Shown here piece after piece: positions 59,306 to 64,000 of a DNA stretch of 64,000 bases (the first letter of the stretch is position 1; every line of letters begins with the position of its first letter). The notes beneath the pieces were generated by a model. That model had not been told where the DNA came from. It saw only the letters and a list, made by a program, of their open reading frames with translations, and did not search any database. This DNA comes from a virus. Where the stretch lies: the IMG/VR virus record IMGVR_UViG_3300009593_000015, positions 14,251 through 78,250 of that record. One strand, given 5' to 3'. The translations under genes and the position numbers were made by a program.

Positions 59306-59374
59306 ATGGAAAACTTAGTTTGTAGAAAAAATTGGGCCCTACAACCTGTCCGTCGTTGTTGTTCGGGTAAGTAG
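59306..59374 (+). CDS. 22-aa Cys-rich small ORF MENLVCRKNWALQPVRRCCSGK, in frame with the prohead protease
   Basis: GAGAGGG RBS at 59291-59297, ATG 59306, TAG 59372-59374; not in the supplied ORF track. Confidence 0.55.
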   Translation: MENLVCRKNWALQPVRRCCSGK

Positions 59375-59379
59375 CTGAC

Positions 59380-59394
59380 GCGGGTGGCCCCCGC
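59380..59394 (+). other. GC hairpin GCGGG-TGGCC-CCCGC, 5 nt after the amber stop
   Basis: perfect 5-bp GC stem in AT-rich DNA; no U-tract, so not a terminator. Confidence 0.55.
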
Positions 59395-59407
59395 ACTGAG
59401 GAAGAGA

Positions 59408-60013
59408 ATGAAATTATTGAGAGAATATTATGAATTGTGCGACGGAGGAATCTGTCAGGATCTTTTGACAGAAGAGGAAAAGCGCAGGGTAGCAAACGGA
59501 GCTTGCATCCTTTCAGGTGTCATGCAGATGTCCGAAACCCAAAATGGCAACGGCCGTATCTATCCGCATGCAATTCTTGAGAGAGAGGTGGGAAACTATC
59601 TCAAAATGGTAAAAGAACGGCGCGCTCTCGGAGAGCTCGACCATCCAGATACGAGTGTGATAAATTTATCAAACGCCTCACATTTAGTTACAGATATATG
59701 GATGGATGGGCAAAAATGTATGGGGAAGATAGAGGTCCTTAACACACCAACTGGTAACGTACTCAAAGAATTGGTAAACGCCGGCGTGAAACTTGGAATA
59801 TCTTCTAGAGGAATGGGATCGGTTACAGAAAGTAATGGAGTAACAATGGTGGAGGACGACTTTCAGTTGATTTGTTTTGATATGGTTTCGGATCCATCTA
59901 CCCCAGGAGCATTCATGATGTCTGAGGCTAAAGAACGATCCAACATCTTCACAAAAAAAGATATGATTGATAGAAGTATAAATAATTTTCTATATAAGTT
60001 TGGAGAAAAATGA
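59408..60013 (+). CDS. prohead core protein protease (T4 gp21-like)
   Basis: NGNGRIYP, ALGELDHP, SH, TPTG, GISSRGMGS and DMVSDPSTPGA; GAGG RBS. Confidence 0.92.
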   Translation: MKLLREYYELCDGGICQDLLTEEEKRRVANGACILSGVMQMSETQNGNGRIYPHAILEREVGNYLKMVKERRALGELDHPDTSVINLSNASHLVTDIWMDGQKCMGKIEVLNTPTGNVLKELVNAGVKLGISSRGMGSVTESNGVTMVEDDFQLICFDMVSDPSTPGAFMMSEAKERSNIFTKKDMIDRSINNFLYKFGEK

Positions 60014-60411
60014 AAAAATCAGAACTGAAAAGCATTATTAAAGAGTGTGTAAAGGAAGTGCTTTTTGAAGAAGGTGTTCTTTCTAATTTGGTAGCAGAGA
60101 TAGCCTTTGGGGTAACAAAAGCTCAAGGGCTCATCGCGGAATCCAAAGTATCCGCTCCGGAAGATACAAGTGCTGATCGTCGTCTTCGTGAAAGAAATCA
60201 GAAAAAGAAGCTTCTAGAAACGAAGAAAAAAATGATAGATGCCATTGGTGGAGATAGAATGAGCGGTGTCTTTGAAGGAACAAAGCCTTTGCCAAACTCT
60301 GGCGGCTCCAACCCTCATTCTCCAATGGCAGGCCTCGCGCCCGGTGATGCCGGCGTCGATATCTCCGGTTTATTTAAGTTATCCGGCCAAAAATGGCAAA
60401 ATTTGAAATAA
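60010..60411 (+). CDS. hypothetical head protein with MKKSELKSIIKECVKE N-terminus
   Basis: shared N-terminal motif; ATGA overlap with the protease. Confidence 0.6.
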   Translation: MKKSELKSIIKECVKEVLFEEGVLSNLVAEIAFGVTKAQGLIAESKVSAPEDTSADRRLRERNQKKKLLETKKKMIDAIGGDRMSGVFEGTKPLPNSGGSNPHSPMAGLAPGDAGVDISGLFKLSGQKWQNLK

Positions 60412-60422
60412 AGGAAAGAAAA

Positions 60423-60659
60423 ATGGGTAGAAGAACACCAGTACATGTAGAAGTTGTGATTCATGATCAATCACAAGTAGAAAGAATGATAAAGAAATTT
60501 ACCAGAAAATGTAAGAAATCTGGATTATTTGACGAATTGAAGAGGCGCCGCCATCATGTCAAGAAGTCAGTTAAGTTAAAAGAGAAACGCGCTCGAAAGA
60601 AGCGCCTTTCTCAAAAGTCCACGCAGGACTATAAAGACAAGTTTAATAAGATTAATTAG
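60423..60659 (+). CDS. rpsU: phage-encoded 30S ribosomal protein bS21
   Basis: VEV......VERMIKKFTRKCKKSGLFDELKRRRHHVKKS aligns by eye with bS21 (ALRRFKR.CEKAG...E.R.RE.YEKP); located between protease and MCP. Confidence 0.8.
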   Translation: MGRRTPVHVEVVIHDQSQVERMIKKFTRKCKKSGLFDELKRRRHHVKKSVKLKEKRARKKRLSQKSTQDYKDKFNKIN

Positions 60660-60671
60660 GAGTTAAGAAAA

Positions 60672-61064
60672 ATGGCAGAATTACCAAATTCATTTCACAG
60701 ACACAGCAGTTGGGGTAGAACAAGAACTCCAAAAAATATAATCAATTCAGATCACACCACACCAGTTTCAGTAACTTTGACCGGCGCCGGTGGCGTACCA
60801 GACAAACCATCTGCAGAGTACGTAACAGAGAACCAAAGATTTCTACACCTTCAGCACATTCGATCCAACGCGTGCACCATACAAGTTCAGGCTTACCTAC
60901 ACGCATCAGGACAGTGGGCTGATTTCGGGTCTGCAATCACTGTCAATGCAGCCCGCACACATACTGTTATGGAAATTTCTGGAGTAGATAAGGTAAAGTT
61001 CATCGTTAAGGGGCTGGCTAACGGCGAGACCTGCACAATTTTTGCAGCATGTTCCACCTTCTAG
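60672..61064 (+). CDS. hypothetical protein, possible head decoration protein
   Basis: SWGRTR.PKN and TENQRFLHL, beta-rich; AGGAG RBS. Confidence 0.5.
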   Translation: MAELPNSFHRHSSWGRTRTPKNIINSDHTTPVSVTLTGAGGVPDKPSAEYVTENQRFLHLQHIRSNACTIQVQAYLHASGQWADFGSAITVNAARTHTVMEISGVDKVKFIVKGLANGETCTIFAACSTF

Positions 61065-61105
61065 AAGCATCCCAAACTTTTTCCTTCCCTTTAAAGTAAC
61101 AAAAC

Positions 61106-61113
61106 ACTATTTA
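61106..61113 (+). promoter_or_regulatory. putative late promoter ACTATTTA
   Basis: recurrent motif, intergenic upstream of scaffold and MCP. Confidence 0.55.
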
Positions 61114-61172
61114 ATAAGAGACAAATTCATTTGTTTATGTATATGTATATAAATCGTTAGGAGTCAAAAAGA

Positions 61173-62570
61173 ATGTCAAACCTACTTGAAAGGGCTATCG
61201 TAGATGCCAACGCGCTTAAAGAGGCCGCGCTCAAGAATGCCGAACAACTTGTTATAGAAAAATATTCACAAGAAGTTAAACAAGCAGTCAACAAGATACT
61301 GGAACAGGAAGAACTTGCCATGGGCGACCCTCTTGCTGCTGGTGGCATCGACGGCGGCCTGGACTTTGGAGCGGAAGAAATGGCCCCCACTGGAGAAGAT
61401 CCGATGGCCGACGCCGAAGAAGAAGAGGAAGAACCCCTCGACCCCGATTCCGTACTCGGCACAGCCCCAGACGCATTTAATACTGACGACGACGAAATAA
61501 TTTCTATAAAATTGGACTCATTAGAAGCGGAAATGGAAGATGAAATTTCAGGCCCCTTTGCATCCGGAGAGGATGAAATAACAGATGACGAAATAGGAAT
61601 TGATATCCTGGATGACATAGAGTTAGAAGATGACACAGAGGTTGAAGCAGGAGAAGAGTCTCCTGATTTGGATGTTGACCTGGGGGATGTCGGGATAGAC
61701 ATAACAGAGAGCGTGGTTCAAGAAGTTTTAAGAGAATTAGGAATCACAGCTGATGAATTAAGAGATGCTCTAATTTCTGACCTAAACGAACAAACAGAAC
61801 TCACTCCCGAAGAGCAAAAAGTAAAAGAAGAGCTAGAAGGTCGAACGGATGGATTACGCTCCAGCCTAACCAATGAACAGATCAAGGCTTTGGTGAAACA
61901 GGCCGCCGATGCAGGCATTGATCCAGTAGAGCAACATGCGATTAACACGGCCGACCAACAAACCGGCACAAATGAAGCGGTTAGGGTCGATTTCGAACCT
62001 CAAAAATCTGGATGGGCAGGTACTCCTGAACCACAAATGAGAGAATATGAATCAATGCTTTTGGCAAGAGAACAGGACACTGAAGTAAAAGAAGAAAACG
62101 AAGAACTTCGGAAGGTTGTCAAAGCACTTAAACAAGAGAATAAAACTTTATCTAAGAAAAACAAGACTTTATCTTCTGCGGCTGGTAAGTTGCAGAAGCA
62201 AACAGAGAAATATGAAACAGCTTTTAACACATTGCAAGAAAAGTTGGAAACCATGAATGTTTCCAACGCAAAGTTGCTGTACATAAATCAGGCTCTAGAA
62301 AATGCCTCCTTGAATGAGCGACAAAAAAGAAAAATTGTCGAAGCCATTTCAAAAGCCGACACTGTACAAGAAGCAAAGATCGTGTTTGATACAATGAGTG
62401 ATGCGGTTAGTACTACTTTAGACGTAAAGCGGGACTCAACCTTAAACGAAGTGGTATCACGCAAATCTTCACTACTTGTCGCGGCTCGTAATGAGCAAAC
62501 AAAAAAGGATGCTAATCCGATGTACAACAGATTACAGAGGTTAGCAGGTATAAAGACACAAAAATCTTAA
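61173..62570 (+). CDS. prohead scaffolding/core protein (gp22-like)
   Basis: highly acidic middle, coiled coil, NAKLLY.N and C-terminal RLQRLAGI; immediately upstream of MCP. Confidence 0.75.
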   Translation: MSNLLERAIVDANALKEAALKNAEQLVIEKYSQEVKQAVNKILEQEELAMGDPLAAGGIDGGLDFGAEEMAPTGEDPMADAEEEEEEPLDPDSVLGTAPDAFNTDDDEIISIKLDSLEAEMEDEISGPFASGEDEITDDEIGIDILDDIELEDDTEVEAGEESPDLDVDLGDVGIDITESVVQEVLRELGITADELRDALISDLNEQTELTPEEQKVKEELEGRTDGLRSSLTNEQIKALVKQAADAGIDPVEQHAINTADQQTGTNEAVRVDFEPQKSGWAGTPEPQMREYESMLLAREQDTEVKEENEELRKVVKALKQENKTLSKKNKTLSSAAGKLQKQTEKYETAFNTLQEKLETMNVSNAKLLYINQALENASLNERQKRKIVEAISKADTVQEAKIVFDTMSDAVSTTLDVKRDSTLNEVVSRKSSLLVAARNEQTKKDANPMYNRLQRLAGIKTQKS

Positions 62571-62591
62571 AGAAAAGGAGGTGATTTTATT

Positions 62592-64000
62592 ATGTCTGTT
62601 TTACAAACTTTAACAGAGGGCGTTCAGCATCGCGATATGCAAGCTGAAGGCGCCGCTCTGCTTAACAAGTGGGAAGCCACCGGTTTGCTTGAAGGTCTCA
62701 ATGACGGTCAAGCAAAGCAGGGAATGGCGGTGCTTCTCGAAAACCAAGCTAAGGAACTTCTTCGCGAAGCCTCAGCTATGGCTGCTGGCGATGTCGAAGG
62801 CTTCGCTGCAGTTGCATTCCCTATTGTTCGCCGTGTATTCGGTGGACTGATCGCTAATGATCTTATTTCGGTTCAGCCAATGAGCCTTCCAAGTGGACTT
62901 ATTTTCTTCTTGGACTTCACTCATTCTGATCTACGAGCTGGCCGCCCAGCTGATTCTTCACTGTATGGTGGTGGAATTGTTGGTAAGCAGGTCGTGGATG
63001 GTGTCCAGGACATCACTGAGACCGGCTTTTATGGTCTTCGATCAGGATACGCCAACGCAGAAGCTGCACCGGTTGTCCTCAAGGCAATCACCGCATCATC
63101 CGCTGTTGCAAACCCAGAAACTCAAACGTCCATGGATCATGACGTTGACCTTAAGGGTAAGAAGATAGTTAACTGTGTACCCGATGCTGCCGAGGTCACT
63201 TCAAGTGACGCAGTACTGCAGAATGTCGATCCAGGAAGTGCTAACGCAATATCTTTCCCGGATAACACTGATTTGACTGTGCCACTTCAGGTAAACTCGC
63301 TCGGACAGCGAACTCTTACAAGCAAGGACGGTGACTTGATCGTTCTTGTTTGTGGTAGACAGGCCGGCAACACCACCAACGCCCACGGTATCGGTGTCAT
63401 CGCGCATAGCACCGTTGGTTGTATGGTTCTTCGACCAGTTCGACGCCTTGTGAAGTTCGCAACTGAGAACAGTTCTGACGGCCTCAAGACCCTAAAGGGC
63501 AATGCTTTTGAACGTCTGCCATTCGAGGTGGTTGGTTCGAAGCAAGCCATCGGCCTTTCTGTCGCCGGCGCGTCCGATGCAGCAGTTCAGTCGGCTTTTC
63601 AAGCCTTGACTGCAGATGCAATCCGAGACGCAGTAGCTGGTCTCACACTTGATACGGGCGTTACTGCAGCAGATGCTGGAACTCTTTTGGCAATGGCAAC
63701 GGTGGCTCTCGGCTTCCCTGCTCGCGACGATATCGACGCACAGGGCCTCGGTGCTCTTAGAGCCGGCGCAATGCCTCTCGAAGAGCCAGGTGGAAACACT
63801 GGAAAGTCTGCAGCTGATCGAACAGGAAAGAACGATATTCCTGAGATCGACATCAAGGTTGACAGCGTAGCTGTTACCGCACAGACCAAGAAACTGAAGG
63901 CTAAGTGGACTCCTGAGTTAGGTCAGGACCTCAACGCTTATCACAACTTGGACGCTGAGGTTGAGTTGACAGGAATTCTTTCAGAGCAAATTGCTTTGGA
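62592..64000 (+). CDS. major capsid protein (T4 gp23-like), truncated by the window end
   Basis: own translation MSVLQTLTEG...KWEATGLLEG..LLENQ...FPIVRRVFG...SVQPMSLPSGLIFFLDF...KLKAKWTPELGQDLNAYHNLDAEVELTGILSEQIAL; AAGGAGGTG RBS. Confidence 0.95.
   Translation, partial: MSVLQTLTEGVQHRDMQAEGAALLNKWEATGLLEGLNDGQAKQGMAVLLENQAKELLREASAMAAGDVEGFAAVAFPIVRRVFGGLIANDLISVQPMSLPSGLIFFLDFTHSDLRAGRPADSSLYGGGIVGKQVVDGVQDITETGFYGLRSGYANAEAAPVVLKAITASSAVANPETQTSMDHDVDLKGKKIVNCVPDAAEVTSSDAVLQNVDPGSANAISFPDNTDLTVPLQVNSLGQRTLTSKDGDLIVLVCGRQAGNTTNAHGIGVIAHSTVGCMVLRPVRRLVKFATENSSDGLKTLKGNAFERLPFEVVGSKQAIGLSVAGASDAAVQSAFQALTADAIRDAVAGLTLDTGVTAADAGTLLAMATVALGFPARDDIDAQGLGALRAGAMPLEEPGGNTGKSAADRTGKNDIPEIDIKVDSVAVTAQTKKLKAKWTPELGQDLNAYHNLDAEVELTGILSEQIAL

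Noticed and set aside
59380-59394. Hairpin as a rho-independent terminator
   Set aside because: No U-tract follows and it sits directly before the protease RBS
7630-60672. Genome-wide TAG reassignment, since TAG stops at 7632, 9294, 59374 and 60659 are in frame with the next gene
   Set aside because: Multi-kb ORFs contain no internal TAG, proteins end at family-typical positions, and in-frame neighbours also occur after TAA and TGA
217-63889. Numerous minus-strand and nested short ORFs in the supplied track
   Set aside because: They shadow well-supported + strand genes and show no RBS or motifs
1-64000. tRNA, rRNA, CRISPR arrays, IS elements
   Set aside because: No cloverleaf, spaced direct repeats or transposase motifs were recognised, and intergenic space is minimal

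Overview
This window is part of a large T4-like (myovirus-type) tailed-phage genome. It is AT-rich and densely coded, with all credible genes on the + strand. From left to right: (1) 1-8.9 kb, a sugar-modification island (GT-B and GT-A glycosyltransferases, KdsC-like HAD phosphatase, two sulfotransferases, PfkB-like kinase, nucleotidyltransferase-RpiB fusion, split and truncated transketolase, WavE-like and GDPD-like proteins). (2) A gp55-like late sigma factor. (3) A baseplate/tail region with gp25- and gp6-like wedges and very large virion proteins (3320, 2437, 1047, 968 and 874 aa). (4) J-domain protein, RuvC-like resolvase, primase and an Mre11-Rad50 (gp47-gp46) fusion under sigma70-type promoters. 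(5) A holin/spanin-like cassette. (6) The head module: TerL, portal, prohead protease, ribosomal protein bS21, scaffold and a gp23-like major capsid protein that runs off the window end. The most notable unannotated signals are a 22-codon Cys-rich ORF in frame with the prohead protease and separated from it by a single TAG plus a GC hairpin, a possible non-orthologous NDP-higher-sugar pathway, a recurrent A(C/A)TA(A/T)TTA late-promoter motif, a shared N-terminal motif on small head-associated proteins, a tail-fibre attachment domain apparently split over gene pairs, and conspicuous G/C-only runs. All family calls come from motif recognition by eye, not from database searches.
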